The notes under the pieces: model-generated
The model's database searches: none
What the model was told of the DNA's origin: nothing
What the model saw: the letters and a program-made list of their open reading frames with translations, nothing else
NCBI RefSeq assembly: GCF_022045235.1
Contig: NW_027266308.1
Span: 35,588,001-35,652,000 of the forward strand
Length of the DNA: 64,000 nucleotides
Direction: 5' to 3'
Origin: Haliotis cracherodii
Taxonomy: Eukaryota
Shown here: piece after piece, positions 40,375 through 51,878 of the stretch
How positions within the stretch are numbered: the first letter of the stretch is position 1
How the letters are laid out: each line of letters begins with the position of its first letter
Position numbers and translations under genes: made by a program

Positions 40375-42990
40375 TATGATTAGTCGTGTAGGGATAAAGT
40401 ACATGGTGTATATGATTAGTCGTGTAGGGATAACGTACATGGTGTATATGATTAGTCGTGAAGGGATAAAGTATATGGTGTATATGATTACTCGTGTTAG
40501 GATAACATACACCATGTATATGAGTAGTCGAGAAGGAATAAAGTACATGGTGTATATGATTACTCTTGTCAGGATAAAATACATGATGTATATGATTATT
40601 CGTGTTTGGATAACATACATGATGTATATGATTAATCGTGTAGGGCTTAAGTACATGTAGTATATGATTACTCGTGTTAGGATAACATACATGATGTATA
40701 TGATTACTCGAGAACGGTTGAAGTTCATGGTGTATATGATTACTCGTGTCAGGATAAAATACATGATTACTCGTGTTAGAAAAATCTACATGGTGTATAT
40801 GATTACTCGTGTTAGGATAACATACATGAGGTATATGATTAATCGTGTAGGGATTAAGTACATGTAGTATATGATTACTCGTGTTAGGATAACATACATG
40901 ATGTATATGATTACTCGTGTAGGGATTAAATTCATGGTGTATATGGTTACTCGTGTTAGGATCACATACATGATGTATATGAATAGTCGTGAAGGGATAA
41001 AGTACATGATGTATATGATTACTCGTGTTAGGATAACATACATGATGTATATGATTACTCGTGTAGGGATAAAGTACATGGTGTATATGGATACTTATGT
41101 TAGGATAAAGTACACAATGCATATGGTTACTGTGTAAGGATTAAATACATGATCTATATCATTCCTCGTGTAAGGATAATTTAATGGTATATATGATTAC
41201 TCGTGCTAGGATAAAATACATGATGTACTTGTAGTATATGATGACTCGTGTAAGGATAATGTACATGGTGTATATGGTTACTCATGTTAGGATAAAGTAC
41301 GTTATGCACATGGCTGCTGTTGTAAGGATTAAGTACCTGATATCTATGAATACTCGTGGAGGGATAAAGAATACGATGTATATCATTACTCGTGTAGGAT
41401 AAAGTACAGGATGTATGTGGTTACCAATGTAGGATAAAGAACATGATGTACTAGTAGATGGTTACTCATGTAGGATAAAGAACATGGTGTACTGGTATAT
41501 AATTACTCATGTAGGATAAAGAACATGGTGTACTGGTATATGGTTACTCATGTAGGATAAAGAACATGGTGTACTGGTATATGGTTACGCATGTAGGATA
41601 AAGAACATGGTGTACTGGTATATAATTACTCATGTAGGATAAGGAACATGGTGTACTGGTATATAATTGCTCATGTAGGATAAAGAACATGATGTACTGG
41701 TATATGGTTATTCATCTAGGATAAAGCACAGGATGTACTGGTATATAATTACTCATGAAAGATAAAGAACATGATGTACTGGTATATGGTTATTCATCTA
41801 GGATAAAGTACATGATTTACTAGTAGATGGTTACTCATGCAGGATAATGCACGTGATGTACAAGTAGATGGTTACTCATGTAGGATAAAAAAACATAATG
41901 TACTGGTATATGGTTACTCATGTAGGATAAAAAAACCATGATGTACTAGTATATGATTACTCGTGTAGTATAAAAAAACATGATGTACTAGTAAATGGTT
42001 ATTCATCTAGGATAAAGTACAGGATGTGTATACTTACTCATATAGAATAAAGTACAGCGTGCATATGGTTACTCGTGTCGGATAAAAAAACCATGATGTA
42101 CTAGTTTATGGTTACTCATGTAGGATAAAAAACATGATGTACTAGTTTATTGTTATTCATATAGGATAAAGTACAGGATGTGTATAGTTACTCATATAGA
42201 ATAAAGTACAGTGTGCATATGGTTACTCATGTAGGATAAAAAACATGATGTACTGGTATATGGTTACTCATGTAGGATAATGAACATGATGTACTGGTAT
42301 ATGGTTACTCATGTAGGATAAAAAACATGATGTACTAGTATATGATTACTCGTGTAGTATAAATAACATGATGTACTAGTATATGGTTATTCATCTAGGA
42401 TAAAGTACAGGATGTGTATAGGTACTGATATAGAATAAGGTACAGTGTGCATATGGTTACTCGTGTAGGATAAAGAACATGATGTACTGGTATATGGTTA
42501 CTCATGTAGGATAATGAACTTGATGCACTGGTGTATGGTTACTCATGTAGGATGAAAAACATGATGTACTAGTTTATGATTACTCGTGTAGTATAAATAA
42601 CATGATGTACTATTTTATGATTACTCGTGTATGATAAAAAACTAGATGTACTAGTTTATGGTTACCCGTGTAGGATAAAAAACATGATGTACTAGTTTAT
42701 GGTTATTTATCTAGGATAAAGTACAGGATGTGTATAGTTACTCATATAGAATAAAGTACAGCGTGCATATGGTTACTCGTGTAGGATAAAAAAACATGAT
42801 GTACTAGTTTATGGTTACTCATGTAGGATAATGAACATGATATTCTGGTATATGGTTACTCATGTAGGATAATGAACATGATGTACTTATATATGGTTAC
42901 TCGTGTTGGATAAAATACATGGCGTATTTGATTACTCATGTAATCACCCGTGTTAGTACAAAGTACATGCTGGACATGATTAATCGCGTA
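40375..42990. repeat. Minisatellite array, unit about 33-34 bp changing to about 39 bp (GTATATGATTACTCGTGTAGGATAAAGTACATGAT)
   Basis: About 70 degenerate tandem units read directly. Confidence 0.95.
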
Positions 42991-44127
42991 GGGATACATG
43001 ATCACGGCGTCTGTGTTTACTGGAGGGGATCAACCACGTCCATTGAAAGTGTATGATTACTAATTTTTAATAAGAATAACCTAACAACGAGAAACACAAT
43101 CGTGTGATCCATTGGCATGAACCAGGCCGACAGTACAGTTACGTCATAAAGATGACAGAAATGCACACATCTGGTGACAATAGCATATAGGAGCGGCTTA
43201 AGACGAATCATAAATATTACTTCTCTTTTGTTGGGAGTGGGTAAGTATATTAGCTATAATCCCAAATAACTGAATGCAAGGAAGTATCACCGACTCCAAG
43301 TATTCCTGATTTGTCTCGGCATAAGCTCTAACTCTTTAATATCCCTTTCACAATTAACGAACTGTTTCTCGCAACTGCAGTGCAGTCAGTACATTCAGCT
43401 CATGGAAGATTGGGCTTGGCCAATTCGTGAGTAATCTCCACTCGGTTCAGCTTGGGATGGCGCAACGTTACGACTGAATCAATCAAACTATTGAAGAGAA
43501 TAATGAACAATGGGATTTATGTGTTTTGAATTGGAGTAAATGAGAAACACAGTTTTAAGTTCTAAATTGTAATTTGTACAAGTCCATTATATTACACTAA
43601 ACCCATTGACTCTACACCTTTCCTGGTATTGACATGGGGGACATATAGACACTGTAATCTTCAACTCCTCAACACGTGTACACAAAAATAGAATACAGAC
43701 AGAGCCACACATCAAATTACTGCACATTATTTGTGCATTATGTTATATAATATGTGACAATACTATTTCGTCTTCGCATTTTTAGAACAAAAGAAAGATG
43801 GGTCCATTGTTTGATAGGCATTACTTAAAAGTTGACGGATGACAAGGTAGACGCATTTAAACCCCAAATAAAATATTAAAACCAAAACTACCTTATTTGA
43901 TAACCACCCAACACACACAGCTCCCTTAGTTCGTCCCCCACCCACTCTTGGCATTCTTTCCAAATCTCAAAATTTCAAAATTACTATATAAGTAACCCCT
44001 AAAGCCCCCTCCTGGGTTGCACAAACTCACTTTTCCCCTTTTTGGAAACACATTAAATGGCCTGGCCGGGCCCGTGTGCGACATACGCTTGCAGTCGGAA
44101 AGCGCACGTTAAATCTCCAATATAAGT

Positions 44128-44301
44128 AAGGTAGACACAATTTAATGGATAACAACTTCTTTAATAATGTGAAAAGCGACGTTTTTCGGTAAAGATCCTT
44201 ATACTGTTGTCAGCCTTGCTTGACAACGGTATAAGGATCTGTACCGAAACGTCGCTTATTAAAGAATTTGTTATCCATACAATTGTGTCTAACTTGTCAA
44301 A
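44128..44301. mobile_element. Inverted pair of Penelope-like terminal repeats (CCGAAACGTCG signature); related copy at 3749-3900
   Basis: Palindromic arrangement. Fragments also at about 20640-20690, 23640, 24800 and 43815. Confidence 0.65.
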
Positions 44302-45527
44302 GATGGGTCCAACGAACTGAAATTTAATGAATTTACACATTAACAGCTATCTTTGTTTGTTAGGGCGGTGGTGAGACTATTTATCGTAAACAATACTTAA
44401 TCGATAGAAAGGATGCGATAACACACACAGTATGCTCTACCACATTTCACACATATCCACGTTAATGCGTCGGATTTGGGAAGACGTGTTTCAATTTAGC
44501 TTTCGGAAATCAGACACTTCTTTACGCGATAAAGGGGATTAATGTGGATCTGGTAGAGCGGAGAATCATCAGATATCAGCTAAAACACATTAACATGGTA
44601 ATTAATGAAGATTATTGGCTAAAATGAACAGAAAAACGGAAACTATCCAATTTCTTCAATACTTTGAAAATGATTGTGAAAATACGTAATGGCGAATGAA
44701 AATAATCACACATCGACGGTAAGTGGAAGGTAGACATTTATGAAATCACCCGGGAGTACCAAAATGCCATTATTTCCATTCGTTAGTCCAAGGGAAATCT
44801 ATCCCAGTGTCTATCAATGATATTGTCAGCGGGTCAATGGATGAAAAGGCAGACAGGCATATACGGCTTATCATGACTGTGATTCTTAAGATAAATTATT
44901 TGGAAATCGGTAACAGGGAAATAATGGAAATTAACTTTATAAGTAAATATAAAACCTCCACAGCAGTCTAATTAAAATCAGACCTTTGTGCTCGCTAATG
45001 CCACACAAACGATCTGAGGACATCCCATTACAGGTCAGGTCAGAACGACCTTTCGCGAATTATAACCGAACAATGAAATGATTAACAGGAAGTCGACATT
45101 AGCCAATCACAAATCAGCTTTGTCGAGCTTTAGAGCACATGTTCCAAATTGGCGTCCTCCAATCCAGACTACGCTTGAAAAATATTTTAACGAAATCCTC
45201 CATTCAAAATTTGAAACTGAACTAAAGGAAAATCTGGAATGCCTAATGGATTGAATCACAGTATTTCCCACGGGCTGTGGAGGGTCTTCGGTTTTAAATA
45301 TTTATCCCATTGACACGAGAGATAGACGATGTCTTCTATTCGAAATCAGTCGTGTGCTGAAGTTATCGAGGCTGCATAATTAGAAAGCACTTAAATGCGG
45401 ACTTTCACTTTCGCGATCTCGTAAGCTAATCTCTGATTGGTCGAATGAAAGGTCGTTCTAATGGTGAGGTGAAATGGGGTTTAACGTCGCGTTCAAGATT
45501 ATTGCACTTATATAGCGACGTGCATGT

Positions 45528-45528
<1 letters not shown>

Positions 45529-45612
<84 letters not shown>
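45529..45612. repeat. (GT)n microsatellite, the tail of a family D SINE
   Basis: Read directly. Confidence 0.98.
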
Positions 45613-45613
<1 letters not shown>

Positions 45614-45862
45614 CTGCTTGTTCTAGTCCGGACTGATGCCGATAGATAGTGCTAGCTCACTGAGATACCATGCCGCAGTTTAACATGAATACCCCACTCA
45701 GACACAGTATTCTGACTCCGAGCCGAACAGTCCTTGTTTTAGCCCCTTAATGCCCAGCGCCAGACAGGGTAACAACAAGTACCATCTTTTAACGTATTTT
45801 GGTATGACGCGGCCGGAGATCGAACCCCGGACCTTCCGCTCTCCTAGACCACCGAGGCGGTT
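45529..45862 (-). mobile_element. Family D tRNA-SINE with Meta-domain-like core (GTCATACCAAAA...GATGGTACTTGTTGTTACCCTGTCTGGCGCT) and (CA)n tail
   Basis: B box GGTTCGATC. Copies at 57018-57280 (+), 57420-57563 (-), 30118-30245 (+) and 8140-8258 (-). Domain naming is from memory. Confidence 0.78.
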
Positions 45863-45936
45863 TTGTCCTCTTATAGGATGTCCTCAGATCTATGTATAGC
45901 GGTAGGGAGCACAACTATCTCATTTTACGACAATCG

Positions 45937-46100
45937 GGACGGTCGGGTAGCCTGGTGGTTCAAGCGTTCGCTCGTCACGCCGAAGACCCGGATTCGATTC
46001 CGACATAGGTACAATATGTGAAGCCCATTTTTGGTGTCCCCTGCCGTGATATTGCTGGAATATTGCTAAAAGCGGCGTAAAACCAGTCAGTCACTCGCTC
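45937..46100 (+). mobile_element. Family B tRNA-SINE (3' half also at 50588-50675)
   Basis: Matches family B. Confidence 0.88.
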
Positions 46101-47573
46101 ATATATGACAATCAAGAACTATCACTTTCTATGCTAGGCTCATTAAATGTTCAAAAGCGCCCCTAAATTAAAATGTCAGTGAAACACTTTCCTCACACGT
46201 TACATATCTAGAATAAACCTTCCCCAATTGTCTAAACTTGTCATCGCTAAAGACTCCAGCTGCTCAAGGCTGCTGGAGAATGAGATAGTCCTGCACCATG
46301 ACCGTGGAATATATTTATTTTATGAAAAAATATTAATCTAGAAATGCATACAAGAGCAAGTCTCGCCAGCTCAAGCTAGCTCTATTCCACAGCATAGGGA
46401 TTTTTAAAAATATTTTAGAGTCAAGAAGGATATTGTGTTATATAAGATTTCAGAGACTAAATGTTAGTCTAGAGAATGAAAGTTCGAGAGCATTCATGTC
46501 ACTCGAGTATGGCACTGTACAAGCCTTTCATCACATCACATGGCTTGTATTAATTGCATGATAAACCCGTGGGTTCACAAGGCTTAGGTCAGTCATGAGC
46601 GAGCCTAATGACAGTATTATCCATGAAACACGTGACAGAATGTCCAACGCTCTCTTTTGACAACTGTAGCTTGCTTTTCGCTATTGTTCTGGCACAGCTT
46701 TCACCAAATGACAATGTAACCGTAGACGATTGTTCTTGTTGTACGAACGAAACACATCCTTGGTGCATTAAGTCCCTGCTGAATAATTATATACAACTAA
46801 ATTGGAGTTAAAGAAAACCAGATGTTTTCATAGGACAATAGTTATTCTGTCATGGGCCTTTTTCATAGGACTATGGTTAATCTGCCATGACCTTTTTTCA
46901 TAGATCTAAAGTTAATCCGTCATGAGATTAACTGGAGTCCTATGAAAAAATCGGGTGTTGTTTAACTTCTCTTTAATAGTATTTGTATGGGATAATGCGC
47001 TAATGTTCAGTAACGCTACCAATATTTGTCGTATGTCAGGGCAGCCAGTAAATAATCAAGTTTGGGCCAGGTGAATGACAAGCTGGTGATCAGAGTGCCA
47101 TTGTACAAAGCGATCTTAGCGCTAAGGTGATCGTAACTCCCATACCTTAACATAGACTTACGACAGTCGTAGCGCCAAGTTGTTTCGTACGGAACCCTGG
47201 TCGACAGCACAATCAACGCCGGAGTAGTAGGTATACGACAATAACCATCTACTAATGTTTGGACTCAATGAGTCACTTGCTCCTTCTTGTGAAAAATAAA
47301 TGTCTAACATTAAAATAAGTATGAAGGCAGCTTTCATAGCCTGCATCGGCGAAACGCCCAGTCATGTACTAATTTTGCGCGAAATACATTTGTTAGGCTC
47401 GTCAAGCGGACTCTGATTGTCCATTTCAGTTACATCATTAAGACGAAATGATCATCTAAAGCAACTAAGATCGGCTTCACAAAACTTGATAAAAGGAGTC
47501 TGGAATATCACTACTCTCTTGTTGGCAGAGGAAAAGTAAATAAGCTATAATCCCTTATAACTGAATGCAAGGT

Positions 47574-47965
47574 GACCGTAGTTATGCCGGGTTAGAATAG
47601 GTCCCCAGTAATCTCTGCTTGTCGAAAGAGGCGACCAAATGGATCGGACGGTCAGGCTCGGTGTCTTGCTACATGGCGTGTCATCGTGGCAAGACGTATG
47701 CCGGAAAACAGCGAAGGCATGTTGGTATCAACAACCAATGTTTGTTTGTTTGTTTGTTGTTTAACGTCGCACTCAGCGTTATTCCAGCTATATGACTGCG
47801 GTATTCAAATAATCAAGTCTGGACCAGATAATCCAGTGATTGACATCATGAGCATCGATCCTCGCAGTTGGGATACAATAACATGCATCATCAACCAAGT
47901 CAGCGAGCCTGACCACCCGATCCCGTTAGTCGCCGCTTACGACAAGAATAGTCGCCTTTTACGAC
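47574..47965. mobile_element. Divergent family A head (+, 47574-47690) followed by a family A body (-, 47740-47965)
   Basis: Matches family A consensus in both orientations. Confidence 0.78.
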
Positions 47966-49653
47966 ATAACCAATGGCCTTGCGGGTATATGTTCTTGTAT
48001 ATACTGGTAGAATTTCCGGAGGCTCAGTTCTTTACACCACTAGCTGACCCTTTGCTGGTCAGTAGATTTGTTTTTATCTGAGCCAGTGTGTGGATTGTAT
48101 ATTCTTTAACCTTCAAAATTTTGAATATGTACCGTTGGCATTGTCTTTGCCCAATAAACCTCATATCCTGCAGGGTTAACAGGACAGCCTAGATATCAAC
48201 ACGTTGGCCCATTCCTTCAAAATCCTGGAATCGTTTCTGCAAATGAGTAATAAATGTGTCTCCTGTCAGGATAATGCAACACTAATGTTGAAATCGGTGT
48301 ATGACCACTTGATTCCGGGTTCGAATCAATCCCACGGAACCTATGCTGGCCAAGAGGCGACAGGTTCGGCGGTATGGTTAAGGGCTTGTCAGCAAACTCC
48401 AAAGGTGTGGATCTTTGCTCACAAAGTCGCTCACTGGATTGTCTGGTTCAGACTCGATTATTTGCAGGCTGCCGTCATACAGCTGGAATATTGCGACTTT
48501 AAAAATAAACACTTGACAATGGTAACTATTAACACCCTCGTTAATCTGACATATTTTTGGTATGTTTCAGAAATGTTTCAATAATATGAATATGAAAATA
48601 GATTAACATCACCGAACAAGAAAACCACATGCAGTCAATTATATAAAACACAAATTATTCCTTTATTATTCATCCATCTTTACCTTAAAACTAAATTATA
48701 ACTTTTATAGAAAGATATTACGTTATATGTCGTCAACATGTCATTTGTATACACAATAACATTATCAGAAACACATTGAACCGTATTGTAGTCAATATCA
48801 CATGACAATAGTTTTCCAAAACAAAACTCTTAATTTCCAATTCTCACAATACTTACACAGATACATGATTATACACATACAACTGTAGAAATAATAAATG
48901 AATGACGCATAAAGTGGCAATGGTTCTCCATGATCACTGTATGAGGAAGAATTCTCCATGAATGGCAATACGTTTCCATCCGTTACTCTCGTGTTGCACG
49001 TGCATCGGCTGACTTGATCGATAAAACACCCTGCACGTACATCACGAATAAACCTTTGACCTTGTCAATTTAAAAGATTATCCCAATTTTGATTTTATAA
49101 ACCTTCTGCATTTTTAATGTACTATTTTGTGTACAACTATACCACATTAATTATAACCAGTAGTACAAATAATATTGTGGAATTAAAAATACATTAAACT
49201 ATTTTCTCTCGGTAACAGCCCATTCTTCAAACGTTATTTATAATATTCGTGATATTGAGAGCAGGTTTAGGCAGGCTCCCTTCCGAACAGTTTCGAATGA
49301 TCAGTTAGATACAAAATGTGATTTATTCGTCATTTCTGCTTAACCAGTTAAACACACATATTCATTTATTGGAAAGGTACACCTAAGTAATTGTATATTC
49401 TGTGGAGGTTTTATCTTCAAAAGAACTGGTGATTATCAGAAACATCAATTTATCATCCTAACAATTCACATGAATATAAATTTCCTCAAATTTGCATTTT
49501 TACGCTTCAAACTGAGTCAATACAATAATGGAATGAAATGTTATTTCAAGCCATATAAAAATAAACTGAATTCATCATCTGGAATAAACATGTATACATT
49601 TTGTTGTTTCTCATCACATGCAGACAACGCTTTGGTGGTCTCCAGATTAACGC

Positions 49654-49767
49654 CCAATGGCAAAAATATACGCGAACATTGGTGTGATTGGCTACTGGTT
49701 ATCCACGAAGTGACTGACAGGCCTCGTGAGCTGAAATCGACACACAAGCTGAGTGGCAGGGTAAAAT
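49654..49767 (+). promoter_or_regulatory. Paralog 5 promoter: CCAAT/ATTGG (49654, 49678, 49687), TGACTGACAG (49711-49720), weak TATA (49762)
   Basis: ACTGACAGGCCT is shared exactly with the paralog 1 promoter. Confidence 0.6.
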
Positions 49768-49808
49768 GCGCGTGAAGTTGTGAAGCAATAGTCACAATGC
49801 CATTCACC

Positions 49809-50055
49809 ATGCAAGACGTTCCTTCCCGCTTTCTTCAACCGCTGTTTATCGACACCAACATCACCTACGATCTGGATATGTCCAAGTTCCCAGGTCTGGA
49901 CGACCCACAACACATGTACCAGCCTGCTCTGTTGATAGCCACTGACTGGAGCGACTACGTCTACGGTCATTGTGACGCAAAGCGCGTCACGGGTGATGCT
50001 GTCATCAAACTGAACGAATCTACACGTTTCCAACAAAATGGACCCTCACCAACGG
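49809..50055 (+). CDS. Paralog 5, exon 1 (MQDVPSRFLQPLFIDTNITYDLDMSKFPGLDDP...GPSPT); alternative start at 49797
   Basis: Motif in ORF 49797..50069. CACCATG start. Phase-1 donor ACGG|GTAATA at 50055/50056. Confidence 0.85.
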
Positions 50056-50302
50056 GTAATAACATATAATTAACATATATCCTGATTATATTCACATTAA
50101 GTTATTCATGTAATTCTAAAATATATGACCTTTTATCTTGATAAAAAGAGGGAGATGGATGTCCCAGTCGCCACAATTAGCTTGCAGAGTTGCCTCCCTT
50201 GGGTGGGACAGCAAGAGATGAACTTTAGTTCGAATCCCAGATTCGACTTAATTACGATTCTTGGTTTGTTGGCACCATATCAGTGCTCGTTGGTTTTACC
50301 AA

Positions 50303-50555
50303 AGTTGTTGTTTGTTTGTTTGTTTGTTGTTTAACGCCGCATTCAGCAATATTCCAGCTATATGACGTCGGTCTGTAAGTAATCAAGTTTGGACCAGACA
50401 ATCCAGTGATTGACAACATGAGCATCGATCCACGAAATTGAGATCGATGACATGTATCACCCAAGTCAGCGAGCCTGACCACCCGATCCCGTTTGTCGCC
50501 TCTCACGACAAGCATGGGTTGGTGAAGACACATTCTACCCCGGATCTTCACGGGC
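50303..50555 (-). mobile_element. Family A SINE in the paralog 5 intron
   Basis: Matches family A consensus. Confidence 0.85.
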
Positions 50556-50805
50556 CACCAAAGTTGTAAACATCTTAGACATGTTGGGGTACAAAGTGTG
50601 AAGCCCATTTCTGGTGTCCCCCACCGTGATATTGCTGGAATGTTGCTAAAAGCGGCGTAAAACCATACTCACTCACTTAGACATGTTGACGCCATGCTGA
50701 CAACTGTTTAAAGCGACGTAAACCGAACTCACTCACACACACTGATAAGATGAAGTCAACAGATGTGACAGGAGTGGTTGAGATTAATAATTTCCATATT
50801 TCGGC

Positions 50806-51088
50806 CGGGGGCACGGGTGGCCCAGTCGTCTAAGGCGCCGCAATTCGCTGTTCAGAGCTGCGTCCCTTGGCCACGGCAGAAACCTATGATTGTGGGTTCG
50901 AATCCCGGTTCGCCCTGATTATGTTTCTAGGTTTGTCAGCACCATACCCGTGCTCGTGGGTTTCACCGAAGTGGTAAACGTCTGAGACCTGCATCACTTC
51001 GGGCTTTCCTCCCACATTAAGCTGACACGCCGTGATATAACTAGAATAATGTTAAAAGCGGCGCTAACCCAACCCGCTCACTCACTCA
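50806..51088 (+). mobile_element. Family C SINE in the paralog 5 intron
   Basis: Matches 38940-39216. Confidence 0.85.
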
Positions 51089-51179
51089 CATATTTCAGCC
51101 ATATCGTGATAGGGCTCATATTTGTATCGATGTTAATATTGTCATGCAACACTTTAATGACTGTCTATTATTTCTGCAG

Positions 51180-51565
51180 AGTCTCCATTTCGTCTTCTGT
51201 CCGGCCCTGGCTGCTGCGGACCATTAGATTCGGACACGTACAAGGTCATGCTTGATGACGTCATCAAAGACGCAGCACTCTCAAGTCACGTGTTTGACTT
51301 CGTTGATACAGACCCGGATGCTTGCAAATCTGATTTAACAGACATTACAGGTGTATTGACAGAAGGGATATTTGGAGAGGCTGACGTTTCTGGGGACAAT
51401 CAGAAATACGCAAATGATCGGAAACGAAACCGGCCATGTGATAGCGAGTTTGGTATCAGCGCAAACAAGAAATCCAAAATGGTGGACAGGTCTCTCGACC
51501 GTCTTCCGAGCCGTTTATCGGTATGTCTCACTTCAAGATCTTTGGAATCAAACCGAGGATCATGA
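51180..51565 (+). CDS. Paralog 5, exon 2 (ESPFRLLSG...VMLDDVI...RKRNRPCDSEFGISANKKSK...); spliced protein about 210 aa
   Basis: Acceptor TTTCTGCAG| at 51179. The phase-1 join reads stop-free into ORF 51248..51565. Bipartite basic motif. Confidence 0.8.
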
Positions 51566-51878
51566 AGACATTGAGAGCTGTGAACGAAAGAACAGCTACA
51601 TTCCTGTTACTGTATTTACCATTATACAGTTACCGGACTCTACTGTTGATAAGTGCCACAATATTTATGTTTTACACAAAACTGTTACTGAGTTGTTTGT
51701 TATTATATTGTTTTATTCAATAAACCTACAGAGAACGTTCGATGAATTTGTATTGTCCATGCACGTTACAGCATCCTGTCTTCGTACATATACTGCTCAA
51801 ACGAAGTTAAGGACCATCCGATTATATCATATATGTGTGTATGTGGAAGAACTGAACTGAATCACTGCTCAAACACTG

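Noticed and set aside
40255-41137. Long ORFs of 169-269 aa (His/Tyr/Ile repeats)
   Set aside because: They are translations of the minisatellite in several frames on both strands.
40375-42990. CRISPR-like appearance of the 33-39 bp periodic array
   Set aside because: No unique spacers, degenerate head-to-tail units, eukaryotic context and no cas genes.
45937-46010. tRNA genes (Asp-, Leu- and Arg-like)
   Set aside because: They are SINE heads or pseudogenes with broken acceptor stems that continue into repeat bodies.
49809-49940. Resemblance of PLFIDTNITYDLD...KFPGLDDP to the c-Myc N-terminus (PLNVSFTNRNYDLD; KFELLPTP)
   Set aside because: No bHLH-ZIP, no Myc box II and no W or TPPLSP residues. 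The short match is probably coincidental. A similar weak likeness to the HIF ODD lacks LxxLAP.
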